A DNA stretch of 64,000 nt from Nitrosopumilaceae archaeon (lineage in GTDB: Archaea; Thermoproteota; Nitrososphaeria; Nitrososphaerales; Nitrosopumilaceae), in assembly GCA_965208905.1 (NCBI GenBank), contig OZ242365.1, positions 1,824,001-1,888,000 of the forward strand, given 5' to 3'. A program made the translations under genes and the position numbers. This document shows, one piece after another, positions 30,930-42,800 of this stretch (position 1 is its first letter; every line of letters begins with the position of its first letter). The notes below the pieces were generated by a model, which was given only the letters and a program-made list of their open reading frames with translations, had not been told where the DNA came from and did not search any database.

Positions 30930-31371
30930 GTCCGTTGGCAGGGTTCATATCTATGTGTTTGATCCAAACTCTGTCGACCCGCTCCAGTTCGGCACGAATA
31001 TGGTCTATTGTCATATCTGCCTCAGTCAGGGTCAGGGCGGTCTGGCCCACGTATGGCATACCTGCTCCATGCGCCACTATCTTTAGGGTGGCGGACTCTA
31101 CCACAAACGGAAATATTGTATTGGGGTCTTCTGATCCAACCGATGTGATCACATCAAACGCACCAGTACCCTGCTCCATATACAGTGTAAGTGTCTTGTT
31201 CACTTCTGCGTGAATTTGAGACTCTATGCTGCTTAGGTCATATCTAGTACGTTCCTGTGCAGCCACATCGGTCGTCAGTGCGGGAAGCGTTAGCGCTACG
31301 AGCACAACCAGCATCATTACAAAAACAAACGACTGTTCACCGGATATATTTAACAAGTCCAGATTTCTCAT
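30930..31371 (-). pseudogene. Secreted Cache-domain-like protein truncated by the transposon end
   Basis: Signal peptide, FPFVVE...IVAHGA, WIKH..NPANG; the remaining residues (RNWCILVT..) are simply the TIR read in frame. Confidence 0.7.
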
Positions 31372-31412
31372 GTCACTGTAGCATAAATCTTTTTGTGTAC
31401 AGGATTCGCTTT

Positions 31413-32468
31413 TCTGTTGTACAAAAATTAGGTTCGACTAAGTTCTGGTTGCAAGCAAAGGAATACTTCACGCTTTATCGATCACGAAAAAAGATGAAAA
31501 TGACAAAGTTGACGGATAAACAGATACGATACGCCATAAGGGAACGTGGTAAGGGTAAGACGCTTGTTGACATAGCAGACGATATAGGTGTAACACCACA
31601 ACATGTAGGACGACTATGTGCAGAGTTTACAAGAACAGGACAGATACACGTGCAACAAAAGCCAGGCCGGCCAGTCCACCCACCACCGTCGGCAGAGGAG
31701 GTCCGAACCGTGTTGAACAAACATGCAGAGGAAGATGTAGGCATCATACGAACAGCAAGGAGGGTCAGAAAAGACAATCCGAATATAAGCTATGCCACCA
31801 TATATCGCATAATGAAAGAACATGGACTAGTCACATCATCTGTAGCAAAATCCAAAAAAAGAAAATACGTTAGGTATGAGCGCAAATATTCCAATGCCAT
31901 GTGGCATGTTGACTGGCATATAATGAAGGATCAACGCTTTGCAGGGCTCAACCTAGTCACATTTCTAGATGATTCATCAAGGTGTATAACGGGTGCTGCC
32001 CTATTCAAGGAAGCCACCTCAGAAAACGTAGTAGATGTGCTGCGACAAGCAATAGCGAGATTTGGTACACCGGCCACTATCCTCTCAGATAATGGTAGGT
32101 GTTTTAACGGGGGAAGAAGGCATGACGATTCACCTAAGGGCAAATGGAAGCCTACTGCGTTTGAGGCCGAGTTGTTAGACCGTGGAATCGAGATGATAAA
32201 CTCACGACCGTATCATCCGCAGACAAACGGCAAACTGGAACGCTTTCACGGTAGTATAGAGACAGAGATACATCATTATGATAGTCTATCTTCCTATATA
32301 GAGTACTATAATGAGCGCAGACTTCACTTTTCGTTGGATATTGACAACTACGAGACACCACTACAGGCATTTTCTGTCAGAAAGGCCACAAAAGCGATCA
32401 GAGAAAAGGACCCAAAATGGATGGAGAGAGATACCGATGATTAACGAACATAATTTTCATATAAAACA
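31413..32468 (+). mobile_element. IS481-family element with intact-looking transposase and 16-bp flanking direct repeat
   Basis: HTH + WHVDW, FLDDSSR, LSDNG, PYHPQTNGKLERFH; ends TCTGTTGTACAAAAATTAGGTTCG / CGAACATAATTTTCATATAAAACA; GTACAGGATTCGCTTT at 31397 and 32469. Confidence 0.88.
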
Positions 32469-32483
32469 GTACAGGATTCGCTT

Positions 32484-33527
32484 TGTATTATGTCGAAATT
32501 ATTTCGCCTAGTCATCGGTGTCCCTCTCCATCCATTCTAAGTCACTCTTCCTGACATCATCTGGTACTTTTTTGTTGTGAAATGCCTGTAGCGGGGTCTC
32601 GCCATTGTTTATGTCTAAAGACCAGTGCAGTCGCACCTCGTTGTAGTACGCGACAAACTCCGCTAGGCTGCCAAAATGACATAGTTCTTCTTCCAAGGTG
32701 CGGTGGAACCGTTCAAGCTTGCCGTTTGTTTGTGGGTGGTAGGGGCGGGTGTTGATCAACTCAATACCCCGGTCAAGCAGCTCTGCCTCAAATATAGTGG
32801 GGGTCCATGATTTTGCAGGAATCTTTCTTCTCACACCCACAAAGCACGATCCGTTGTCGGAGAGTATGGTGGCCGGGGTTCCAAACTCAACAATGCTATT
32901 TTGCAGGACTGTTACCGCGTTCTCGGATGTGGCCCCCTTGAATATCATGGCTCCAACCACACATCTTGACGCATCATCAAGATATGTGATTAATTGGTAG
33001 CCTTGAAAACGTGGATCTTTCATCGCATGCCAGTCCGTATGCCACATCGCATTGGAGTATCTGCGCTCATAGCGTATCCATTTACGCCTGCGCGATTTTG
33101 CTGCAGATAGAGTGACCATATTGTTTTCTTTCATGATTGTGTATACCGTTTTTTCACTTATTTGTATGCCCTTGTGATTTAAGTACTTGGTGATCCTTGT
33201 GACGCCTGCTGGCATTATACGATGTGCTGCTAGTACGACGTTGGTTTGCTCCTCGGTGGGAGGAATCTTGGGTCTGCCTGGCATTTGTAGTGTGGGAATC
33301 TTGCCCGTTGCACGATACATTGCCCAGAGTTGTTGTACGCGTCTCTGGCTAATCTTCATCTCTGTAGCAATGTGTGATGTACTACTACCTTTCCTGCATT
33401 GTCGAATGATATAATCTATCTGCTTCTGTGTCAGATTGACTCTCATGGGTTTGCGTGATCTATATAGACTAAAATATTCTTTGGTTGGCAGTCTAAAGTT
33501 AGGGCGAACTAATTTCCGCACAATAGA
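32484..33527 (-). mobile_element. Second IS481-family element (transposase 32508-33521)
   Basis: WHTDW, YLDDASR, LSDNG, QTNGKLERFH; ends TGTATTATGTCGAAATTATTTCGCC and (reverse complement) TCTATTGTGCGGAAATTAGTTCGCC. Confidence 0.88.
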
Positions 33528-33609
33528 GTTACCAATAATGGGTATTTTAAACGATTTTTTAGCATTTAGTAATCACTACTGGTTGTATCTGGTGTCTCAA
33601 AAAATGAAA

Positions 33610-33723
33610 CACACCTTCAAGGCATTCTGTACCAGGAAGGCAACCGAGGACGCCAGATCTAATGCTCTCAATTGGAAGGAGGCGGAGTCAAATGACTGGT
33701 GAAACTAATTTTCATATAGTACA
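33610..33723 (+). mobile_element. IS481 right-end remnant
   Basis: KAFCTRKATEDARSNALNWKEAESND matches the transposase C-termini; TIR-like GAAACTAATTTTCATATAGTACA. Confidence 0.65.
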
Positions 33724-33740
33724 GTAAACATCATGTATCG

Positions 33741-34376
33741 ATGGGAAAAATAATACCCGGAGTCCTGCTGACCATACTGCTGGTGGCGGGACTTAGCCAG
33801 GCCCATGCAGAGCTGACCATCTGGCAGGTTGAGAACAACCCACCTGGTATCGACAGCGGCAACGAGTGGCTGACTTTGATAAATCTGGGTGAGTCAGACA
33901 CCTTTAACGGATATGGCATAAAGACGACGCATGGACGTATCGCGAGTTACCCGGTTCCGTCCATCACTCTAAATACATGTGAGTATCACAAGATGACCCT
34001 CCCAAGGCAGGCCATAGACAACGAGAACGACACCGTAAAACTGCGCAAACACGGAACGACTATCTATGAGACACCCATCATCAAGGACACCAGAAACGAT
34101 GACCGTTTCTGGACAAACCCGGACGTGGCAGCCATCTGTGATGATCCATATGCGGCACCAGCTGAACCCATACATGAGTATGATTCCGGCCCGCCAGATG
34201 AGATGACATTGGAGCAACGAATCCAGGCACTGGAGGAGAGGGCCGATGAGATGGATACCATCATTGGGGTATTGTTAGAGAGTGTCGCCCTTTTATGGGC
34301 AGAGATCGAAGCCATGGCCAGTATCATAATGACTATCCAAGAAACAATTGATGCCCTGTTTGATGGCACGAGCTAA
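33741..34376 (+). CDS. Secreted protein with lamin-tail-like domain and C-terminal coiled coil
   Basis: Signal peptide ending AHA; VENNPPGIDSGNEWLTLIN motif; LEQRIQALEER heptads. Confidence 0.65.
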   Translation: MGKIIPGVLLTILLVAGLSQAHAELTIWQVENNPPGIDSGNEWLTLINLGESDTFNGYGIKTTHGRIASYPVPSITLNTCEYHKMTLPRQAIDNENDTVKLRKHGTTIYETPIIKDTRNDDRFWTNPDVAAICDDPYAAPAEPIHEYDSGPPDEMTLEQRIQALEERADEMDTIIGVLLESVALLWAEIEAMASIIMTIQETIDALFDGTS

Positions 34377-34465
34377 CCACATATTTTTCCGTCTTTCAAA
34401 AGATCCCACTGCATACGGTTCTATCCGGCCTAGATAACACACGTCATCTCCGCCCCCTGCGCATA

Positions 34466-34949
34466 CTAGCGGACAATAGGATCCGATAGCATATCTGGCG
34501 AAGGACGACACCTATGCGGTTTTTGTCAAAGTTCTATAGTTTCAGTGCGGTCAGTAGTACAGGAAAAACAGGTAGGAGCAGGCGGCGCGCCATCGCGCGT
34601 ACATTGGATATCTAGAACCTCATGCAGTAATAACACCAGTCATCCTAACGGAACGCGCCTCTCCGGTCTTGACCAGCCAGATGACGCTGTCAGTATGAGC
34701 AGTTTTTTGGGGATCTCCTTGCAGCTGGGGATGACTGCAATCATTGATTCCAGTTCCGCCTCTGGAGCATCCGGAAGGTATTCGTCTCTGGCGGGAATCT
34801 TTTCCGATTTAGTTCGTGCCATGTAGGTGCGGGAGGGCATGCCTGATCTTAATACTTCGGTCGGTAGTACCGCAAACCATCCGATATGGGGCAAATTCGT
34901 AGATCCGGGTCATTGAGCCCAAAATCTATTGGATTCTATTGTCCGCTAG
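34466..34949 (-). mobile_element. IS630-derived internally deleted element (MITE-like), 484 bp
   Basis: Same TIRs as the element at 6215; keeps only the transposase 5' stub MARTKSEKIPARDEYLPDAPEAELESMIAVIPSCKEIP. Confidence 0.85.
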
Positions 34950-34997
34950 TGCCCCCAAAATCAACAACCCTTATTTCTCTATTATATGTGATATTGT

Positions 34998-35474
34998 ATG
35001 ATGATTGCGATTATACGAATGGTCTTTACTCCCAAATATCTGGCAATGTCTGTTGCCATCACCGGTGTGATGTTGTTTGGTCTGTTACTCCTCTCTGAGT
35101 TTCTGTTTCTTGAGCCATATGTGATAGGGCACATTCCACCTGGTACTGAGGTTGGGTTTATTCTTATAGTGTTGATATCTACACTATCTGGATTTGTTAT
35201 ACCCATGAACATATACCGAATTGCCATGCTACAGACATCCAAAACCAAGATGGGTCGAGGTCTTGTGGGTACAATAATTGGAACGGCGGCGGGTGCCTGC
35301 GGTTGTGGACCTGTAGGGTTTGCCATAATATCCACCTTTGGCAGCGTGGGTAGTGCAGCATCATCGTTTCTTACCAACTATGAGATTCCAATTCGTATAG
35401 CTGCAGTCTGTGTGTTGGCGCTTACAATATACACCACACATCGCTCGCTAAAGACAGAGTGCTCTTTGGAATGA
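34998..35474 (+). CDS. Conserved membrane protein
   Basis: Four hydrophobic segments, GACGC motif. Confidence 0.75.
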   Translation: MMIAIIRMVFTPKYLAMSVAITGVMLFGLLLLSEFLFLEPYVIGHIPPGTEVGFILIVLISTLSGFVIPMNIYRIAMLQTSKTKMGRGLVGTIIGTAAGACGCGPVGFAIISTFGSVGSAASSFLTNYEIPIRIAAVCVLALTIYTTHRSLKTECSLE

Positions 35475-36631
35475 TAACCACATCCAGAGATGCCAGGTTG
35501 GCAGCACTAGAGAGATGGAACAAGATGCTCTCTAATAATCCAGGTTTATTCTCATCAAATAATATACAGGGATCAAGTCCACCATCAGTATTTGTGGGGT
35601 CTTATGGGTATCCACATGTATTGGCAGGACCACTGGTTCCGCCAAAGTTTGGCGATACGTCAATACTGGACTCGCCGGAGAGTTGGACCGGCAGACCAAT
35701 CTCGGATATAATACAGTATAGAATGAATCTGGTTCGAGGGATAAAGAGTGTACCTGCAAAGGTGACAACCTCAAGATATGTAGAGGACTTGCAAGACTTG
35801 GCAATGGGTGGTTCTCCCACCGATGCAGACATTACATTTTCAGGATCCCTGCGCGGAGTTGGTCTGGCCGATGGTCACAGCGCCCCGTATGGACCTGCTG
35901 GAAAGATTCAAGAGTCGCACATATCAAACATCACTCCAGATAAGAGAATACAGAGGTGCTACTATGATACGGACCTTAAAGCATCTGAAGCCATCACACA
36001 CCTGTACCGAACCGGGACCAGCATATCCAGCATACAAAAATGCTTCAGCGTTGGCATGTTTGGCACAGAGCGCCGACTGGTCCCCACAAAGTGGAGCATA
36101 ACTGCCACAGATGATATTATATCCAAACATATGATACAGAAGATACAAGAGTACCATATGATAGACTCGCATCGCGTATTTGCATTCGCCCACATGGGAA
36201 ATTCATACTCGGTTATTATTTGGCCCCGCCGGTGGGCGTTTGGGTTTTCAGAGGCGTGGTTTGTTGATGGTAATGCATTATTTGGCTCGGACTGCGAGTT
36301 GGGCAGAGGTTTTGTAGGTCCGCCAAATACTGCGGGCGCATACTATGCCGCCAGATTGGCGGTTGCCGAGTACATGGAGCAGAACCAGTTTCAGGGTGGC
36401 GCCGTAGTCATCCGGGAGATCTCTCCAGACTACTCCATACCCGTTGGAGTCTGGCAGGTTCGAGAAGGCATACGGGCGGCTTTGCAGAGTGATTGCACAA
36501 TCTGCCACTCCATGGATGAGTCATGGAATGTGTCGTGTAGTAGAATGAGCATACCAAAGGATGCATGGCAGTCTCAGGAAGGTATATCCAGAGTAGTTCG
36601 ACAAAAGACCATATCAGACTACATACTGTAG
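35471..36631 (+). CDS. nreA: Nre-family archaeal DNA repair protein
   Basis: GSSPPSVFVGSYGYP, RRLVPTKWSITATD, GAYYAARLAVAE, PVGVWQVRE, C-terminal PIP-like QKTISDY. Confidence 0.9.
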   Translation: MITTSRDARLAALERWNKMLSNNPGLFSSNNIQGSSPPSVFVGSYGYPHVLAGPLVPPKFGDTSILDSPESWTGRPISDIIQYRMNLVRGIKSVPAKVTTSRYVEDLQDLAMGGSPTDADITFSGSLRGVGLADGHSAPYGPAGKIQESHISNITPDKRIQRCYYDTDLKASEAITHLYRTGTSISSIQKCFSVGMFGTERRLVPTKWSITATDDIISKHMIQKIQEYHMIDSHRVFAFAHMGNSYSVIIWPRRWAFGFSEAWFVDGNALFGSDCELGRGFVGPPNTAGAYYAARLAVAEYMEQNQFQGGAVVIREISPDYSIPVGVWQVREGIRAALQSDCTICHSMDESWNVSCSRMSIPKDAWQSQEGISRVVRQKTISDYIL

Positions 36632-36637
36632 TTTTTA

Positions 36638-37582
36638 TTGATATGGCCAAATTATTCATATGTGCAATATGCAATGATGCTTGGCATTGGAGTAGCGGCA
36701 TCCCCCATACTATTCGCCCTGGCCGCATACCCGGACAGCTTCAGTTTGAGTTGGAATCAGGGACGGGGCGGCTTTCTGTTTGCGCTGGTATTTTTGGTTG
36801 CTGAATTGATTGGGTTGCGGTTGGCGCCCTCAATCAAACGCGTCATGCTGTCAATACCCATCGCAGGTGCAGTCATCATATATCTGATAGTGATGGAGTC
36901 TGGATTTCAGGATGTATTGACAGCTACTGCACCTGAGTACGGCGTACAGTTGGTATACTCTTGGATATGGATGTGGGACTTTGTAGTGATGTCACTGTTT
37001 TTAACAGCGGTCTTTGTGCTATACTTTGGCAAAAGATGGATTCGCATAGCGCCTGCAGCACCCATGTTTTTGGGGGGCAGCGCAGTCATACTATCACTGG
37101 ATGCATTCTTTCCATACGACACGTTAGGGCCTCTACAGTATGTGGTACCATATCTGGTACAAGCCAATGTGGGACTGATACAGTTGTTGGATCTAGGTAC
37201 TGCAACGGCCCGTGACAACATAATGTTTCTTCGTGGGGATCATGGCCCCATGGTACTGCAGGTATTTTGGCCTTCTGCAGGCGTGCACAGTGTCATTATA
37301 TACTCGCTGGTTATGGGTGCATTTCTGTTAAAGATGAACATACCTCGTAATCGCAAGGCCATCTACTTTGGCTTGGGCATACTGGGTACGATAGTTGTCA
37401 ACATGATTCGAATATTTTCACTGTCATGGTATGCCTTGAAGGTGACCGCAGACCCGCAACGGTGGGAGGAGTTCCATTCGGTGGCCGGCGAGATAATGTT
37501 TCTACCTTGGCTGTTTGTGTTTCTATTTATAGTGATGATTGTTGAGACACGACGCGTGCGCAAAGTTAAAAATAATTCCTAA
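36638..37582 (+). CDS. Thaumarchaeosortase (archaeosortase/exosortase family)
   Basis: Multi-TM; SWNQGRGG, WPSAGVHS (Ser in place of the catalytic Cys, typical of this subfamily), VNMIRI, EEFH. Confidence 0.88.
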   Translation: MIWPNYSYVQYAMMLGIGVAASPILFALAAYPDSFSLSWNQGRGGFLFALVFLVAELIGLRLAPSIKRVMLSIPIAGAVIIYLIVMESGFQDVLTATAPEYGVQLVYSWIWMWDFVVMSLFLTAVFVLYFGKRWIRIAPAAPMFLGGSAVILSLDAFFPYDTLGPLQYVVPYLVQANVGLIQLLDLGTATARDNIMFLRGDHGPMVLQVFWPSAGVHSVIIYSLVMGAFLLKMNIPRNRKAIYFGLGILGTIVVNMIRIFSLSWYALKVTADPQRWEEFHSVAGEIMFLPWLFVFLFIVMIVETRRVRKVKNNS

Positions 37583-38657
37583 TGTCTTGTTGACCTCGGG
37601 CCTCACCTAGTTCACTGACCTTTACGCCCAAACGGCGAACTGTTCTCTTCTCGTGTAGCGCCTCTTTTAGTAGAGCCGTTGCCGTCTCCTTGAGTACCAT
37701 TAGACTGGCTGTATGCTTGCGCACTGTTTTAGAGCGAGAGCGTCCTGACATATCCGAGTGTATGAACTGTATCCCCACCGTACGGTATTGCAACTCCCTC
37801 TCAGATATTACATTGTGTAATGTATCGCATAAAGTAGACAATACAGGGTATAGTTCCTCAAAACTGTTGGTATCCTGACTTAGAGTGACCATCTTGCTGT
37901 ACTGGACATTGGGGGATCTCTTCTGAACCATACCATCATCCACACCCCGGACCGAGTTGTATAGCGCAGTTCCTGCCTTTCTACCAAACATCTTTTGCGC
38001 ATCAAAGATATCTATCTTTTGCGCATCAGGTATGGTGTGGACATTTATGGACTCGAGTCTTTTGAGTGTCTTTTTGCCCAAACCATGTATGTCCTTTAGC
38101 GATATATTGTTTAAAAAGTCCTGCGTCTTATCTGGATGTATGATGGTCAACCCATCGGGTTTTTTGTAGTTTGATGCCATTTTGGATAGTAGTTTGTTGC
38201 GTGATATGCCTACTGAGCATGTCATGCCAAGACTCTTGCGAATATCCACCTTGAGCTGTTGTCCTAGATGGGCTGCTATCTTGAGTGAGCCATCAGTACG
38301 TGCAGTTACATCCAGATATGCTTCGTCCCTACCCACATACTCAAACACATCTGCATACCCCTCCATGATATTCATGGCACGCTCAGATATGTCCGAGACA
38401 TACTCAAAGTCTACCGGTATAAAGTGACTATCTGTATCCTCCAGCAGACTCCGGGCCCTGTATATTGATAGTCCAGAGCGTACACCATACTCTCTTGCCA
38501 CATAGTTGGCAGTTGCCACCGCACCACTATCATCACCTCTATTCGAATATATGCACACACAGAGAGGTTTGTTTTTGAATTGAGGGTTGCGTATCTCCTC
38601 ACACTGTGCATAAAAGTAGTCAAAGTCTACATGTATTACACATCTATCCTCGGCCAA
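37566..38657 (-). CDS. dinB: Y-family DNA polymerase IV
   Basis: HVDFDYFYAQCEE, ATANYVAR, GRDEAYLD, KPDG, VRRLGV, PIP-like QQDIRNYF. Confidence 0.94.
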   Translation of the reverse strand: MAEDRCVIHVDFDYFYAQCEEIRNPQFKNKPLCVCIYSNRGDDSGAVATANYVAREYGVRSGLSIYRARSLLEDTDSHFIPVDFEYVSDISERAMNIMEGYADVFEYVGRDEAYLDVTARTDGSLKIAAHLGQQLKVDIRKSLGMTCSVGISRNKLLSKMASNYKKPDGLTIIHPDKTQDFLNNISLKDIHGLGKKTLKRLESINVHTIPDAQKIDIFDAQKMFGRKAGTALYNSVRGVDDGMVQKRSPNVQYSKMVTLSQDTNSFEELYPVLSTLCDTLHNVISERELQYRTVGIQFIHSDMSGRSRSKTVRKHTASLMVLKETATALLKEALHEKRTVRRLGVKVSELGEARGQQDIRNYF

Positions 38658-38829
38658 CTACCTTGATTGGTACATATGCCTAAAAAGTCTTGGAACTTTA
38701 TACCTTCAACTATGTTGCGTGTTGCATGTTATGTGCACAGACAATGACAAGATGTCTGGTAAATCTGTGAGATCATCTGCAATATGGTCCCAACAATGAT
38801 TTATTGATGGCGCAGCCAGTAAGGATCAG

Positions 38830-39471
38830 ATGAGAATCTGGGACATGCTGCCAGAGACTGTGCAGAAATCATCTACTTGGAGAGTGCCGCGAGCCTCACG
38901 CCATATGGTCGGTTATAACCCAAAGAAAGACTATACTGCGCATCCAGAGATTGTTATAGCGGCACGTAAAAGTTCTTGCACAATTGAAAATCGCCTAGGC
39001 ACGCATACAGTTCAGGTTGGCAGGACTGTGTGCGCCTGATTTTAATAAAACATTATACGATTGTGGTCAATACTGCACTTTTTATACGCCACTGCTACGT
39101 TTCCATATGACTACATGTCTGGCATTTCAAGACACCTTGTATCTGCAGTGTCATAACTGTCTATCTGTGGGTAGCTATGTTGAACTCATCAGGTACCTGC
39201 AACGACGTTACAAGAAGGTGGGTATCATCATGGACAACGTCAGTACCCTCATCTGTGTCGCCATGCGAAAGTGTCTGGACTACTTGGACGGTGACATGGA
39301 GATACCACACCACCGCCACATATGCCACAACTCAACACTATCGAGACAGAATGGGGGCGGATCAAGGCTGCCATAGCCAACACCCCCTTTGGGGACTTGG
39401 ACAAAATGCAGTACGCTATAAGGCAGATAATCCATAATGGGGAAGTACAGATCGTCAAAATGTTTGACTGA
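38830..39471 (+). pseudogene. Degenerate IS630-like transposase remnant
   Basis: Frameshifted fragments YKKVGIIMDN.. and PPHMPQLNTIETEW.. match DDE_3 motifs; 5' boundary uncertain. Confidence 0.6.
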
Positions 39472-39801
39472 CTGCTGACCACATAGCGGCCCGACATGTC
39501 TTGGAACGATCACAGGGACGGAAGCGGACTGCTTGCATCGCTGTTCTTTACAAATCGTCATTCCAGCGGACCCGCCCGTCTTCTGCATCCAGTCCGCGAC
39601 AGGCGATGAGGTGGTAATGCTATCTATTCATCCTGATTTTTTCCATTATTTTTGGCGAGTATTATGCGCATGACCGTGCAGGTCATACTGCTCCGTCGGT
39701 AAAAATACGGTGGAGTATGTGAGAGAACAAGATCAGATGGAATTACGCAACAACCCTACCCGTTCAACAATAGTTATCACTATGGTGAAAAAACACTATT
39801 T

Positions 39802-42800
39802 ATGCAAGAATGTAGCACGCTGGCGATGATGGCTATGGTGATTGTGACGGCTCTAGCGACAATCGGCTTTGTTATCAGTGGAGCTGAGGCGAGCCTGGTA
39901 GTTTCTCCGGTGGCAGCCATCTCCGATGGGATGGATGGGTTCACGGCGCTGGATGGTGCCTATGATGTCGCGATAGCGGAGATATCCGACAGGACGTACG
40001 CGGTGGTGACCGCCCGGTACGACAACGACGGCAGTGTACAGATCATAGACATCACCGTCCCAGCCTCGCCCGTACCGGTGGCCGAGTTTGATACACTGGG
40101 AGTGGAATGGGCCGGTGACCTAGCGATAGCAGAGATATCCGGCAGGACGTACGCGGTGGTCACCGTCTACCGGCACTTCTATCATGGTGTGCAGATCATA
40201 GACATCACTGTCCCGGCCTCGCCCGTACCAGTGAACGCGGCAACCGACGGGGTGGATGGATTCACGGCGCTGGATGGTGTCTACGATGTTACAATAGCAG
40301 AGATATCCGGCAGGACGTACGCGGTGGGCATTGGTAGCGACGGTATGCAGATCATAGACATCACTGTCCCGGCCTCGCCCGTACCAGTGAACGCGGCAAC
40401 CGACGGGGTGGATGGATTCACGGCGCTGGATGGTGTCTACGATGTTACAATAGCAGAGATATCCGGCAGGACGTACGCGGTGGGCATTGGTAGCGACGGT
40501 ATGCAGATCATAGACATCACTGTCCCGGCCTCGCCCGTACCAGTGAACGCGGCAACCGACGGGGTGGATGGATTCACGGCGCTGGACAGGGCTAGTGATG
40601 TCGCGATAGCAGAGATATCCGGCAGGACGTACGCGGTGGTCACCTCCTGGGACTTCCATAACGGCGTGCAGATCATAGACATTACCGTCCCGGCCTCGCC
40701 CGTACCGGTAGCCGAGTTTGATACACGAGGATACGGGACTGGTGATGTCGCAATAGCGGAGATATCCGGCAGGACGTACGCGGTTGTCACTGGCAACAAC
40801 GGCGTGCAGATCATAGACATCACCAGGTCGTACTTTCCCATCTGGGTTGCCGCGGCAACCGACGGGGTAGGCGGGTTCACGGCGCTGGACGGGGCCGGTG
40901 GTGTCGCAATAGCAGAGATATCCGGCAGGACGTACGCGGTTGTCACCGCCATAAACGATGACGGTGGTGTACAGATAATAGATATCGCCGTCATGGACGA
41001 TCCCCGGCCAACCGGCGCCATCATCACCAGTACACATTCCCGGAACGGCACCGTCACGGCGGCCATAGACCTTGACATGTCCGAGATATTACGCAACTTT
41101 TCCGTGACCGTGTCCTGTGGCGGCGCCTCGACGAATATAACCGGCATAGACATTAGCGTGGACGGTTGGCGGGAGCACCTCGTATTATTCTCCAAATTTG
41201 ACCTTACATTCATAGACGGGTCCCGGGACAAAATCCCAGACGTCCGGATAGGTTTCAACATAAATGGGACCCTAGTTGATGCAGCCTACCCGATATCCTT
41301 CTCCGACGCGAATCTGACGGTGAGCAGTACGCTTCCGTATGCCAATTCAGCACTAGTCAGCATATCATACGAGACGGCTGACGGCAGCTCGTGCGACATA
41401 AAAAACCAGGAAGACCAAGACTTGAATGTCTCTGGTGGTTCAGAGGTGGCCCATACTCAGCAGGCGCTAGACCAGCGCCCGTTCATCACCACTTGGAAGA
41501 CCGATGCCACCAACCAAACCATCACTGTCCCTCTGGGTGGATACGGCCTGACCGTCCACTGGGGCGATGGTACCAACAGTACTGGAGTCTCAGGACCAAT
41601 TACCCACACCTACGCTAATGCCGGCACCTACAAGGTCTCGGTCTACGGTGGCCTCGAAGCCATCTCGCTGGACAGCCACCCGGACGCGACCAAACTCGTG
41701 TCAATAGACCAGTGGGGCGACGTATCGTGGAGGACCATGAGGTCGGCCTTCCACGGTGCCACCAACATGGTCTACGAGGCGACCGATATCCCCGACCTCT
41801 CGCACGTCACCGACACATCCAATATGTTCGCCGGCGCCACCTCCTTCAACGGCAGCATCTCTGCTTGGGATGTCTCTTCGGTGACCAGCATGTCCAATAT
41901 GTTTTTGAATGCAGCCTCCTTTAACCAGAATATCTCCGCCTGGGACGTCTCCTCGGTGACCGACACATCCAATATGTTCGCCGGCGCCACCTCCTTCAAC
42001 GGCAGCATCTCTGCTTGGGATGTCTCCTCGGTCACCTACATGCCTGGGATGTTCAAGGATGCCACCTCCTTCAACGGCAACATCTCTACTTGGAACATTT
42101 CCTCGGTGACATACATGGGCGGCATGTTCGCCGGCGCCACCTCCTTCAACCAGAATATCTCCGCCTGGGACGTCTCCTCTGTGACCAGCATGTGGCGTAT
42201 GTTCCACGGCGCCACCTCCTTCAACCAGAATATCTCCGCCTGGGATGTCTCCTCGGTGACCGACATGTCCAGCATGTTCCTTGATGCCACCTCCTTCAAT
42301 CAGGACATCTCCTGGGATGTCTCCTCGGTCACATTTATGTCTCATATGTTCGCCGGCGCCACATCCTTCAACGGTGACATCTCCGCCTGGGATGTCTCCT
42401 CAGTTACCGACATGTCCTACATGTTCCACGGCGCCACCTCCTTCAATCAGAATATCTCCGCCTGGGACGTCTCCTCAGTCACCTCTATATACCATATGTT
42501 CGCCGGCGCCTCCTCCTTCAACCAACCTCTCAACACGTGGGACGTCTCCTCGGTGGCCACTATATTCGGTATGTTCGCCGGCGCCTCCTCCTTCAATCAG
42601 CCCCTAGATAGCTGGGATATCTCTTCGGTCACCTACATGGCCGGGATGTTCAAGGACGCCACCTCCTTCAATCAGAATCTGGGGCCATGGTACATCACCT
42701 TGAACAATTTGGCCGTCTCCAACGATGAGCGGACGGTCGGCAACATCTCGGTGCAGAACCGGATGCTGGCCAGCCACAAACCCACCTACAGTGTCGCCGG

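Noticed and set aside
37265-37295. Sortase apparently lacking its catalytic Cys (WPSAGVHS)
   Set aside because: Ser substitution is the described hallmark of thaumarchaeosortase, not an inactivation.
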